IMG/VR virus record: IMGVR_UViG_3300011862_000001
Span: 128,001 to 192,000 of that record
Length of the DNA stretch: 64,000 nucleotides
Origin: a virus
Taxonomy: Duplodnaviria; Caudoviricetes
Direction: 5' to 3' (one strand)
Shown here: one piece after another, positions 45,512-55,158 of the stretch
Position numbering within the stretch: the stretch's first letter is position 1
How the letters are laid out: every line of letters starts with the position of its first letter
The notes under the pieces: generated by a model
The model's database searches: none
What the model was told of the DNA's origin: nothing
Seen by the model: the letters and a program-made list of their open reading frames with translations, nothing else
Program-made: the position numbers and the translations under genes

Positions 45512-46348
45512 ATGCCACTTTATAGTAAGTCTCAGCAACAGTTTCTGCTTGATGCGATTAATGCCATCACGCCTGGGGCGATATCGCCTGCCGATATGGA
45601 AAACACCACTTTCGGCTTGCCCAAAGCGATTGCAGCAGCGCTACCGGACTCACCCAATACCGAGATTACCCTGCGGGGTCGTCAAGGTCGCGGCTACACC
45701 GGTACGCAAACCTTTCGCTATCGTCGCCTGTCGCTGAATGACTTATTTAAGAACTTTGTGCCGCAGGTCACGGCACCCACCGCTTACGGATGGCTCACTA
45801 CTGAGGCCAAAAAGAAAGCGTTTGCCCAAAACCTTAACGGCCGTTACGGGTTAAACCTGGTGGCCGCAGATATCCCGGATCAGTTCGTACAGCTCAACGT
45901 GGAGAACACCCTGGGAGTCCTCTCCAGTTGCCTTCAGTACACAGGCTCCATTACGTTTATGTCGATTCGTGGCAAGAACGATTTGGAAGAGCTGGTGCTT
46001 AACGATGTGCTGGACACGCTGAACCATCCGGTGGCAGTCGAAGATAAACTCTGTTTACCGCTGCTCAGTTACGGGTGGGACTTCACGGATGAACAACAGC
46101 TGATGTCCGGGTTCGTTAACGGCAGTCTGAGTGTAGGGGCGAATGCGACCAGTGGGCGTACTGACCAGTTGATGGCGCTGTTAGTCGAACGCGGTATTCC
46201 AAGCTTTGACCCAACAGGTGCGCGCATTACCCGTTACCTGACCACCGCTGAAACGCGTGCTAACACCCGCTATGATAACGTGCTGGTGATTACGGGTATC
46301 CGTGATGTGAATGTCGCGGGCGACTGCCTGCTTCACTACAATAATTAG
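45512..46348 (+). CDS. tail/baseplate paralog
   Basis: MPLYSK; YRRLSL; GDCLLHYN. Confidence 0.75.
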   Translation: MPLYSKSQQQFLLDAINAITPGAISPADMENTTFGLPKAIAAALPDSPNTEITLRGRQGRGYTGTQTFRYRRLSLNDLFKNFVPQVTAPTAYGWLTTEAKKKAFAQNLNGRYGLNLVAADIPDQFVQLNVENTLGVLSSCLQYTGSITFMSIRGKNDLEELVLNDVLDTLNHPVAVEDKLCLPLLSYGWDFTDEQQLMSGFVNGSLSVGANATSGRTDQLMALLVERGIPSFDPTGARITRYLTTAETRANTRYDNVLVITGIRDVNVAGDCLLHYNN

Positions 46349-46360
46349 GAATGAACACGA

Positions 46361-47245
46361 ATGGCTATTTATCAACCCGCGAAAGACGTTATTCTGGCCG
46401 CGGTTAACGCCCAGAACTCGCTGAGCATTAAGGCCACTGACGTGGTGTTCAGTGCACCGAAAGATATCCGTGGTACCGATAAAGGCACCATCACGGGTAA
46501 GAATACCCAAATCAAACTGACCGCAGCGCCGGTAGGCTCTGGTTGGTCAGGTAAGAAGAACGTGACCTATAACCGTTTAGACCTTGCTGATTTAGTGACC
46601 CTGATAGGCGACACGCTTATCATGGGTTCCTCGGTGCAGATGTTGCACGACGGTTTGATTGGTCTTAACAACCGCTACGGCTTTATCTTCGATACCGGGG
46701 ATTTAGACAACACCGAAGTCGAGTGGGCATCGGAGGGCGCAACCGGTAAAGTCATGCTGCGTGCGAAAGCAGACAGTGTGGGTTGGATTGGTGCGTACAA
46801 CTTCAATGTTAAACGTGGCGATGAATCGTTGGAATCGGCAGTCACCACCAATGTCCTCTCGGGCCTCAAATACCCGAACGGTCAGATGGGCTCCGAAACA
46901 CCGACTGCGATTATGGCACAGGTGTACTCTTACCCGTACAACTTCACCGCGTACCGCGACCAGTTGTTGGCAATGGCACCTCAGGTATTGACCGGTCAGG
47001 TTTTGACCGACATCACCAATATCCTGAAAACCGTCACGGGTGCCGCATGGCTTGCCACCACCTCCGCAACGTGGGGCTTGGCAGACGGCCGTATCCTGAG
47101 CGTCGGGCTCAACGATCCGATTACCATGCCGACCAACGCCAAGTACAAGTACGTCATGGTTATTCAGTTGCCAGCGGCTACCACCAACATCACCGGGAAC
47201 CTGTACTTGCAGTTCAACGACCCGGAAAACCCGTCTGAGGTGTAA
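46361..47245 (+). CDS. tail/baseplate paralog
   Basis: YNRLDL; GNLYLQFN. Confidence 0.75.
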   Translation: MAIYQPAKDVILAAVNAQNSLSIKATDVVFSAPKDIRGTDKGTITGKNTQIKLTAAPVGSGWSGKKNVTYNRLDLADLVTLIGDTLIMGSSVQMLHDGLIGLNNRYGFIFDTGDLDNTEVEWASEGATGKVMLRAKADSVGWIGAYNFNVKRGDESLESAVTTNVLSGLKYPNGQMGSETPTAIMAQVYSYPYNFTAYRDQLLAMAPQVLTGQVLTDITNILKTVTGAAWLATTSATWGLADGRILSVGLNDPITMPTNAKYKYVMVIQLPAATTNITGNLYLQFNDPENPSEV

Positions 47246-47248
47246 TCC

Positions 47249-48085
47249 ATGCTGAACTACTCCAAACCGTCTAACGTGCTGGTGTTTGATTTAATCAACT
47301 TGGCTAACCCGGGGCTACCTGCCTCGATTAATGCCGACAACTGTACGGTAGAGAAAATCGTTGAAATGACACCGGGGCCGGCGAGTAACTTTCGCAATAC
47401 CAGTGCCCGTATTCGTGGGGTGCAGGGTTCCGGTTTTCGTGACAGTATCACCGTCTATTACGACCGTGTGAAGCTGCCTACGTTACTGCCGTTTGGTAAC
47501 TCAGCTATCCGTGATGCCGCAGCCTTTACCACCTTTACGGCGGCAAACGTGCATGCTGCACTCTCGGCTATCAATGAAACCTACGGGTTGAACTTCGGTA
47601 CCATGGATGTGGTGAATGCCGCTATCGGTGGGGCAGGGGTGGCCAATAACATGACCACCATTGCACTCACTGCGACGGTTAACTCACCGGCGTATACCGG
47701 CAGTGCCAGCATTACCTGTAAACGTGGTTTACCGGTGCTTGACACCTCGGTGGTCGTTGATGTGTTAGACACCCTGAAGCATCCGATTGAGCCGAGTTTG
47801 CAGAAGAAATCCATCAGCTTGTTGACGTATGGCATTGACTTCACCGCCTACAAAAACTTGCTGGCAGTCGACGCTTCTGGTCTGCCGCAGTGGGCGGGCT
47901 TGCGTGCGCTGCTGGATGAGCTCGGTATCCCGGCATACGACGGTCCGCTTAACAGCAACACCGTACAAGACGTCCCGACCTCAACGGCGCAGTACGCCAA
48001 CAAAGCGTTTGACCGCGTGGTGATTCAAACCGGCATTGATAATGGACAAGTAAAAGGCCAAGCCTACTACCATTATAACAGTTAA
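47249..48085 (+). CDS. tail/baseplate paralog
   Basis: MLNYSKPS; YYDRVKL; GQAYYHYN. Confidence 0.75.
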   Translation: MLNYSKPSNVLVFDLINLANPGLPASINADNCTVEKIVEMTPGPASNFRNTSARIRGVQGSGFRDSITVYYDRVKLPTLLPFGNSAIRDAAAFTTFTAANVHAALSAINETYGLNFGTMDVVNAAIGGAGVANNMTTIALTATVNSPAYTGSASITCKRGLPVLDTSVVVDVLDTLKHPIEPSLQKKSISLLTYGIDFTAYKNLLAVDASGLPQWAGLRALLDELGIPAYDGPLNSNTVQDVPTSTAQYANKAFDRVVIQTGIDNGQVKGQAYYHYNS

Positions 48086-48089
48086 TACC

Positions 48090-48116
48090 AGGCCCTTCGG
48101 GGCCTTTTTCTTTTTT
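48090..48116 (+). terminator. intrinsic terminator
   Basis: AGGCCC-TTCG-GGGCCT plus T-tract. Confidence 0.8.
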
Positions 48117-48128
48117 GAGGATGTTGCA

Positions 48129-49439
48129 ATGATCAATTACAACAAGCCCACGGCCCAGCTGGTCTGGGATCAGATTAATCGCGATAACCCAGGCCTGGCA
48201 AAACCGCTGAATGCGAATAACGTGGGTGTATTGCAAGGTCCTTTAACCAGCGGGTTACAAGGCAACCGTAATACCAAGCTGATTATCACCGGGCTACCGG
48301 GCAGTGGTTATAGCGGTAAGCAAAGCATCTACTACGACCGCCTGGCGTTGCAGTCCTACGCCCGTAATTTCGTACCCATAAAAGTCCCTTACCGGGCCAC
48401 CAAGATGCGTGAGGTGTTGCCCGCGTTCAACGAGGCAGTAGGGTTGCAATTAACGGTTGACGACATCGCCAACCCTGATGCGATATTCGCACCCGTGACG
48501 ACCGGCAGCGGCAACCTGATACTGACGATAAATGCCAATTCCTTATCGTTTACCGGGTCACTGTATGTTAACTGGACACGAATGGCACCGAGTCTTGCAG
48601 ACATTTACACCAAACCGCAAATCGACTTATGGCCAGCGCTTGACGGGCACACCAAAATTTATAATACCGATTTCACACCCTACTCGTCTGTCCTCACCGC
48701 ACTGGCGTCAGGCTCGGTGTTAAAGTCCAGCCTCGGGACCAATGTCACGAATTTGATAAACGTGATTAAACGTTGGGCACTTGTACCGGTCACGGTGGGA
48801 ACGACACCCTCTGGCGCACCGCTTGATTTGACAGACTGGGTCCTGACAAAAATCACACCCAGCACGGGGGTACCGGATGCCAACCCGCTCTACTCTAACG
48901 CCGTGGTACTTACACCGCCTATCACCTCAGCGCATCAACGGCCGTTGTACTTGCATTACGGTAGACGCGATGGCAAAACCACTTACGCGCAAGAAGCTGA
49001 CTTGCTGCGCTATATTGCCCTTCAGGGCTACGACCCAGAAGGGCCGATGATAGGCGGGCCGGGAAGTGGTAGCGTGTGGCGCTCCGTATTACCGACTACA
49101 CCACAGCCAAGTGATTACATGTGGGGTTCACCGTGGGGTCAGTTTGTGGCGGCGGGTTATTGGTCACGTATTTGTCAGCACGCTTTTCCAACCCTTGCCA
49201 TGTTCCAGGACAGCGTACAGGCCAAACGTCGTGTACTGGTGCAGTACAATAATGAAACGGGCGCGAATACCAAAATTATCGGCACAGACCGTAATGGTTA
49301 CTTAAGCGAAACCGTCACAATAAACGGATGGCGACGCGTTACAGGATTTATCTATTACGACACCACGACTGGTGGTTACATGACGGTCAACCCCTTTACC
49401 ATGAGTGCGGCGACTGCCTGGTATCCACCTTATGCTTAA
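48129..49439 (+). CDS. tail fibre-associated protein, module A copy 1
   Basis: gp130-like N-domain plus C-terminal GSPW..FIYYD..NP..AWYPP domain; paralog of 51598. Confidence 0.75.
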   Translation: MINYNKPTAQLVWDQINRDNPGLAKPLNANNVGVLQGPLTSGLQGNRNTKLIITGLPGSGYSGKQSIYYDRLALQSYARNFVPIKVPYRATKMREVLPAFNEAVGLQLTVDDIANPDAIFAPVTTGSGNLILTINANSLSFTGSLYVNWTRMAPSLADIYTKPQIDLWPALDGHTKIYNTDFTPYSSVLTALASGSVLKSSLGTNVTNLINVIKRWALVPVTVGTTPSGAPLDLTDWVLTKITPSTGVPDANPLYSNAVVLTPPITSAHQRPLYLHYGRRDGKTTYAQEADLLRYIALQGYDPEGPMIGGPGSGSVWRSVLPTTPQPSDYMWGSPWGQFVAAGYWSRICQHAFPTLAMFQDSVQAKRRVLVQYNNETGANTKIIGTDRNGYLSETVTINGWRRVTGFIYYDTTTGGYMTVNPFTMSAATAWYPPYA

Positions 49440-49453
49440 AAGGTAATACATCT

Positions 49454-51574
49454 ATGCCGTTTATTCCAGACTTAAGAGACGCGGTGGTGCGTGCACTGAA
49501 CCGCATTAATAAACCGGCACAATCCGCCGTGCTTGCTGATGTGAAAGTTATCGGGGTGACGCCTTACGCCGGTGAGCGTTTAGATGTCACGATTACGGGC
49601 AATCAAAACCAACCCACGTACGGGGAGTACACCACCCAGCTTAAACGGCAGAATATCGCCGATTACTTCGCTGCGGTAGGGCCGTTGAAAGTACCGACCA
49701 GTGCGACACTGCACATTCTGCTGCCTCGTTTGCAACAGTCGGTTGGGTTTACCATGACCACAGACGACTTTGAAGACACACCGATAACCTGGGTGGATGG
49801 CAAAGCACAAGTGACCTTCACTGCCAAACCCGGCAGTGTGTTCTGGTACGGCAGTGCGACAGCAACGCTGTTGGATGGCGACCTCGACATGAGTGTGGCG
49901 TATTTAGCCCAAGCAGTGACGGTCGGCTCGAATATCACTAACCTCGACCAGTTGATAACCTACTATGGCGTCTCCGCTCGCCGGGCGGTTGATCTCGAGC
50001 GAGTCGAAGTCACCGGACCGTTTACGCTGGAAGAGGCCGGGTTAACCAACGCCAGCTATAACTCGGTCATAATTCTCACAGCCAAACCGTTCTCGGGGTT
50101 CAAAGGCTCACGCACGGTCTTCTTTAACCGCTTTAACCTCGCCACCGCAGAAGGCAAGACCACCCTTACCCCGGATGATTTTACCGGCAATACCCGTGAT
50201 GCGTTATTGACAGAAACACTGGGGATGGGGACGGCGGTACCGGTTGTTGACATTCGTGACGATGTTCTGCCTGACGGCTGGCCTAAAACCACCAAACTGG
50301 TGGCGATGCGACAGTCCGTGAGGGTCTTCGGGGAAGCCAACGTTACCGTAAAACGCTTTATGGATGACGCCAAAGTCATCAATGTGACCATCGGCAGTGG
50401 CGTATATGCTTACAGCGATGCCACATGGGATTTTTACGTCTACAACAAATACCCGTCGGCGGGACGGATCACGATTAACGTTAACGTCGCAGCCGACGCA
50501 TTGATGTTTGCATCAACCAACACCAACCACGCGATACCCATTAAACGTATGCCGACCGTCGGTGATGTGATTTGGAATATCGTTAACCGAGGAATTATCT
50601 CAGGACGCGGTGGCACAGGACAGGCAAACGGCGTAACGCCTGTGAAGGCGACCGATGGGATTAATATTGCCGCTGACTTCAAGGGCGTGGTCAATATTGA
50701 GAACTACGGGCTTATCGCCGGTGGCGGGGGTGGAGGTGACGCACAGGGCTATCCTGGGTGTATCATCCCGGGGAACGGTGGTGTACCTTCCGGTGATGCG
50801 GGGTCGGGTGACTATAATGCGCCAGGCCAAGTGGGTGGACAGAAGGTTCCGGCACCGGAAGTGTATTTGACCGGCTCTGATGGCAAGAAGTATTTCAATG
50901 GTGCAGGTGGGGGCTTTGGTCAACCGGGTAAACACGCGCGGTTCGAGTCGTATACCAACGGGGTTCTCAAAAGTGCCTCCGAAGGGACGAGTCCGTATAC
51001 CATGCCCGGACAACCGGGTGCGTCTATCGGTGGGCAACTGGCAGCGGTTAAGTGGATAGCTGAAGGTACCACGATGCCACCGGCTAAAAAACCGTATGCC
51101 GATTTCCTGGACTACCTGTCAACGCTTTCGACTACTGCGCTTATCGATAGCGACAATATGTCGCGTGTCAGTACGCTGCCGGTGGTGGTACAGATGTACG
51201 GCGGTAGCATTTCCAATAACTGGAAGCAATCTATCACCACCAAAAATGCGTTGTATGGTTCACCGTTCAAAGGGCCGGTTCTGGTGCGTCCAGAGTGTAT
51301 GTTGTTTGCGGTTATCTCACACTGCTTCCCACATCCGGACCCGTTGTACGACAACTACTTTACCAGCCGCAAGGTATTGATGTATCTCAGTGATGCAGGT
51401 AGTGCAAGTTCACCCACTCCGATTTATCGTAACTACATCAACAGCCTTGGCTCTGCGGAGTTTCCTGCGAAGCGGGTGGATAAATTCGTTTACTACGATG
51501 GCTTTAAAGGCATGATGATGGAATGCAACCCGTTCTTGGGCACCGATCCGGTACCTTGGGTACGACCAAGCTGA
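49454..51574 (+). CDS. tail fibre/adhesin with T-even gp38-like Gly-rich domain, module B copy 1
   Basis: GRGGTG..NIENYGLIAGGGGGG..GGVPSG; start at MPFIPD (AAGGT RBS). Confidence 0.7.
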   Translation: MPFIPDLRDAVVRALNRINKPAQSAVLADVKVIGVTPYAGERLDVTITGNQNQPTYGEYTTQLKRQNIADYFAAVGPLKVPTSATLHILLPRLQQSVGFTMTTDDFEDTPITWVDGKAQVTFTAKPGSVFWYGSATATLLDGDLDMSVAYLAQAVTVGSNITNLDQLITYYGVSARRAVDLERVEVTGPFTLEEAGLTNASYNSVIILTAKPFSGFKGSRTVFFNRFNLATAEGKTTLTPDDFTGNTRDALLTETLGMGTAVPVVDIRDDVLPDGWPKTTKLVAMRQSVRVFGEANVTVKRFMDDAKVINVTIGSGVYAYSDATWDFYVYNKYPSAGRITINVNVAADALMFASTNTNHAIPIKRMPTVGDVIWNIVNRGIISGRGGTGQANGVTPVKATDGINIAADFKGVVNIENYGLIAGGGGGGDAQGYPGCIIPGNGGVPSGDAGSGDYNAPGQVGGQKVPAPEVYLTGSDGKKYFNGAGGGFGQPGKHARFESYTNGVLKSASEGTSPYTMPGQPGASIGGQLAAVKWIAEGTTMPPAKKPYADFLDYLSTLSTTALIDSDNMSRVSTLPVVVQMYGGSISNNWKQSITTKNALYGSPFKGPVLVRPECMLFAVISHCFPHPDPLYDNYFTSRKVLMYLSDAGSASSPTPIYRNYINSLGSAEFPAKRVDKFVYYDGFKGMMMECNPFLGTDPVPWVRPS

Positions 51575-51597
51575 CCGCCAGGCGATGAGGATTAAAC

Positions 51598-52917
51598 ATG
51601 GCGTTATATTCAAAAAGAGCCTTTGGGCTTATTTGCGAACAGGTGAACCGGGATAACCCCCAACTGGCTGTACCGGTAAGTGAACGCAACATCACCTTGC
51701 TACAAGGTCCTTTCAGTACCGCCATGGAAAAAGGGCGTAATACCCGCGTGGTGGTAAACGGAATACCGGAAGGGGGCTACAGTGGCAAACAAACCCTGTA
51801 CTACGACCGGTTAAACCTGACGCAACTGTTTAAAGGAATCCCCATTCCCGTCACAGTTCCGTTTAGGGCACAACGTTACCGGGAGATTGTCACGCAGCTC
51901 TCAGAAGCCTGTGGGTTGTCGCTCTCCGTGGAAGACCTGGGTTACCCGGACAGCGTGTTTGATGCAGCGAATTTAGCAACAGGACAACGCACGGTACAGA
52001 TTCATGCCAACAGTGCGGCGTTTGCCGGTTCTATCACGATAAACTTTACCCGTGATAATCCGTTGTTGACAGATTTGTACCAGGTTACCGAGACCAGCGC
52101 GTGGGAATCACCGGATATCTACACTCGGGTTTACCAACTCGACTGGACGCCGTATATGCAGTCGACGCTGTCGTATCTGCCGCTCGGTACACCGATATAC
52201 AGTGGTATCAACAGCTATATAGCCAACTGCGTTAAAGCGTTGCGAGCGTGGACAGGGATACCCTTTACCTTAAGCTCAGCGATGAACGACAGTCCCTACG
52301 AGTTGTTCGGCTATGTCGTCACCCGGGAAAACAACCCCGGGCTCGACCCGGATATGCGCGGTGAGTTTGCTATCTGCTTTAAGTTCACCCCACCGGCTGC
52401 GTACGGTATGTTGCGCCAACCCTTCTTTTTGCACATGAGTCGCAAGGACAACACCAAGTACCTCACGCAGGAAGAAGACTTACGTCGCTATGTCAACTGG
52501 ATGGGATTTTTGCCGAACAGTAAAACGGATTTACATGCTGATGACTGTAACCGCTATGTGTTCATGGAAGCTCTCGCCCCGATTGGCAGTGACGTGATGT
52601 ACGGCTCACCGTACAAGAACCGAATGGCCATGGGTAAGTTGTCGCGTATGATTCAACACGCGTATCCCACCCAAGCAGACTGGGAATCAGCACTGGCTGC
52701 CAAACGTCCGGTTTTATTCATCATGGGTAACCAGATTTATAGCAGCTCCACCATGCGCTCGGGTCTTAACCGCAACGGTTACCAGAGTCTTGGTTTGAAT
52801 GATGTGCGCTCGTTCTGGTGTACCGAGTTTATTTACTACGACGTGGCGAAAAAAGGCTACATGACCTGGAACCCCGATAGCGCGACAACGCCTGTGGCGT
52901 GGTATCCACCGATATAA
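51598..52917 (+). CDS. tail fibre-associated protein, module A copy 2
   Basis: Paralog of 48129 (QINRDNP/QVNRDNP, YYDRL, QEEDLRRY, AWYPP). Confidence 0.75.
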   Translation: MALYSKRAFGLICEQVNRDNPQLAVPVSERNITLLQGPFSTAMEKGRNTRVVVNGIPEGGYSGKQTLYYDRLNLTQLFKGIPIPVTVPFRAQRYREIVTQLSEACGLSLSVEDLGYPDSVFDAANLATGQRTVQIHANSAAFAGSITINFTRDNPLLTDLYQVTETSAWESPDIYTRVYQLDWTPYMQSTLSYLPLGTPIYSGINSYIANCVKALRAWTGIPFTLSSAMNDSPYELFGYVVTRENNPGLDPDMRGEFAICFKFTPPAAYGMLRQPFFLHMSRKDNTKYLTQEEDLRRYVNWMGFLPNSKTDLHADDCNRYVFMEALAPIGSDVMYGSPYKNRMAMGKLSRMIQHAYPTQADWESALAAKRPVLFIMGNQIYSSSTMRSGLNRNGYQSLGLNDVRSFWCTEFIYYDVAKKGYMTWNPDSATTPVAWYPPI

Positions 52918-52926
52918 GGTACTGTT

Positions 52927-55134
52927 ATGCCGTACACACCTGATTTAGTGAAAACGGTTATTGATTCGCTTAACCGTAAAAACGTGGCGACGCTTGCAAA
53001 AGTAAAGATTGACCCGGTCAACATTCAGTTGGTGTCGGTGGTCTATCGTGATGAAACCACCTTAGACGTGACCGTGGCCGGGAAAGGGCCGATTGCCAGC
53101 TATGGGCAAGTCACTGCTCAGGTAAAAAAGCAAAGCATCGCCAGCTATTTTACCGCCATCCCGGTCAGCAAGCTACCACCGCGCACCACGGTACATGCTT
53201 TGCTGCCGGACCTTCAGCAGATACTGGGTCTCACATTCTTACCCCAAGACTTTGTTGACCTGCCGATTAACTGGCAAGACGGCCAAGCGGTCATCACCTT
53301 CCAAAGCACACCCACCAGTTTATTCTGGTACGGGACTGCCGACGTTACCGTCGTCAGTTCGGAAGTGGATATCGCGACCGTCTTTACCATTACCTCGCTT
53401 ACGGTCAGCGCGAAGAGCTGCACCCGTGCGGAGTGGATAACGCAATTAGAAACCGCCGCTAAGCGGCTGGTTGATGAAAGCAAAATCACTGTCAGTGCGC
53501 CGATGACCTTAGCCGAAGCGGGGGTCACTAATGCCTCGTTCAACACCGTGATTCGTCTTACCGCCAAACCGAACAGCGGCTATACGGGCACCAAAGACAT
53601 CTTCTATAACCGGGTTGACCTCAACCAGTTTAAAGGACTGCCTACGGCGGTGCCGGATGACTTTACCGGTACGATCGTTGATGCGCTCGCCATTGATAAC
53701 ATCGGCATACGACCGGTGCTGTCTTTAGACGAGCTGGACATGGGGCCCATTACTGGTGACTGGCCGAAGCAAGCGACCATCTCGGCTAAACCGGGCTCGT
53801 ATAAAACGTTCGGTACAGCGGCGATATCCGTGATTCGCTACGGCGATAGCGTGCAAACGCTTACCATCACGGCGGCGACGGCGATGGAGTTTAACGCTGC
53901 GTACTGGAAATCCTTGATAGATAACCGTGCACGTTGCGGACGGTTGTTGATGAACATCACGATAAACCAGAATATCTCCGTGTGGAATGATACCGTTAGC
54001 AACGCTACTCTGGAGCTCAAAGAGTTCCCACAGATTGGTGAGATAATCTGTACTATCGTTAACCGTGGCAACTTCTGTGGCCGAGGCGGCAACGGGGCGA
54101 GCTACGCCACCCCTCTCGGTGGTGCCGATGGCGGGACGGCTATTTCAATTAGCGATAACTTCCGCGGCAAGCTTATCATCGATAACTACGGCACCATCGC
54201 CGGCGGCGGTGGAGGTGGCGAAATGTGTTTGATGGGCTCCTATGCAGTAAGCGGTGGGGGCGGTGCACCGCGTGGTACGTCCCCGGCTCCAGGACTCGGT
54301 ACCTACCAAGCGACCAGTCAGAATGCTTCTGATACCTTCGGTGGCAACCCGTCGTTACTCACTTATAATGGGTCGGGTTACCGACAAGATTATGTCGGTG
54401 GTCGTGGGGGTGATATCGGTAAACCGGGTCAAGTCGCGCTGATGAACTCCTACAACACCCCCGGGGGTAATCTGCTATTTACCGGGAGCACGCTTGCAGG
54501 TTATTCCTTTAGGATACCAGGGCAACCCGGTAAAGCGATTGCCGGTAAGCTTGACAAAGTCACCTGGTTGAATAAAGGCACGGTGTTGCCGCCGGTGGTC
54601 GATGAGTATCAGGAATTCTTAGCCTACCTCGAAACCTTGAGTGCCACCCGCTTAGGTAACACGGACGTCTTTAGCGCCTTTAACGGGAAAAGCACGGCGG
54701 TGGTAGTCGAGCTGGCGGGGTTTGTCAACGGGACGCGTACTGCACCGAGTACCAACTCAGGGGATTATCTGTACGGGGCTCCGTGGGGCGGTCCTTTCGC
54801 GCTGGACGACACTCGCGCACTGGCGTTGTTGTGGCATTGTATGCCGAAGTTGGAGACGATGTTTGATAACTTCTTCCTTAACCGTAAAGTGTTGATAGAA
54901 CTGGCCCCCGAAGCCATGGGTGCAGTAGGGTCTGACCTGCGCAACGCCCTTCAGTCACGATCGAATGGCTCGCAGGTTAAGCGGGGCAGCGTGGTGCGCT
55001 GCGTCTACTACGATGCATTCCTCGGCAAGATGATGCAAACGAAACCGAAGACACTAGGTAACGACCAACCTTGGGTACGTCCACCGAAACTTCTCTCTGC
55101 GCTTAACGGCGAGCTCGACGGGTTTATTTCGTAA
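52927..55134 (+). CDS. tail fibre/adhesin with gp38-like Gly-rich domain, module B copy 2
   Basis: GRGGNG..GGTAI..IIDNYGTIAGGGGGG..GGGGAPRG; paralog of 49454. Confidence 0.7.
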   Translation: MPYTPDLVKTVIDSLNRKNVATLAKVKIDPVNIQLVSVVYRDETTLDVTVAGKGPIASYGQVTAQVKKQSIASYFTAIPVSKLPPRTTVHALLPDLQQILGLTFLPQDFVDLPINWQDGQAVITFQSTPTSLFWYGTADVTVVSSEVDIATVFTITSLTVSAKSCTRAEWITQLETAAKRLVDESKITVSAPMTLAEAGVTNASFNTVIRLTAKPNSGYTGTKDIFYNRVDLNQFKGLPTAVPDDFTGTIVDALAIDNIGIRPVLSLDELDMGPITGDWPKQATISAKPGSYKTFGTAAISVIRYGDSVQTLTITAATAMEFNAAYWKSLIDNRARCGRLLMNITINQNISVWNDTVSNATLELKEFPQIGEIICTIVNRGNFCGRGGNGASYATPLGGADGGTAISISDNFRGKLIIDNYGTIAGGGGGGEMCLMGSYAVSGGGGAPRGTSPAPGLGTYQATSQNASDTFGGNPSLLTYNGSGYRQDYVGGRGGDIGKPGQVALMNSYNTPGGNLLFTGSTLAGYSFRIPGQPGKAIAGKLDKVTWLNKGTVLPPVVDEYQEFLAYLETLSATRLGNTDVFSAFNGKSTAVVVELAGFVNGTRTAPSTNSGDYLYGAPWGGPFALDDTRALALLWHCMPKLETMFDNFFLNRKVLIELAPEAMGAVGSDLRNALQSRSNGSQVKRGSVVRCVYYDAFLGKMMQTKPKTLGNDQPWVRPPKLLSALNGELDGFIS

Positions 55135-55158
55135 TTAACTTTAAGGAGTAACGATACC

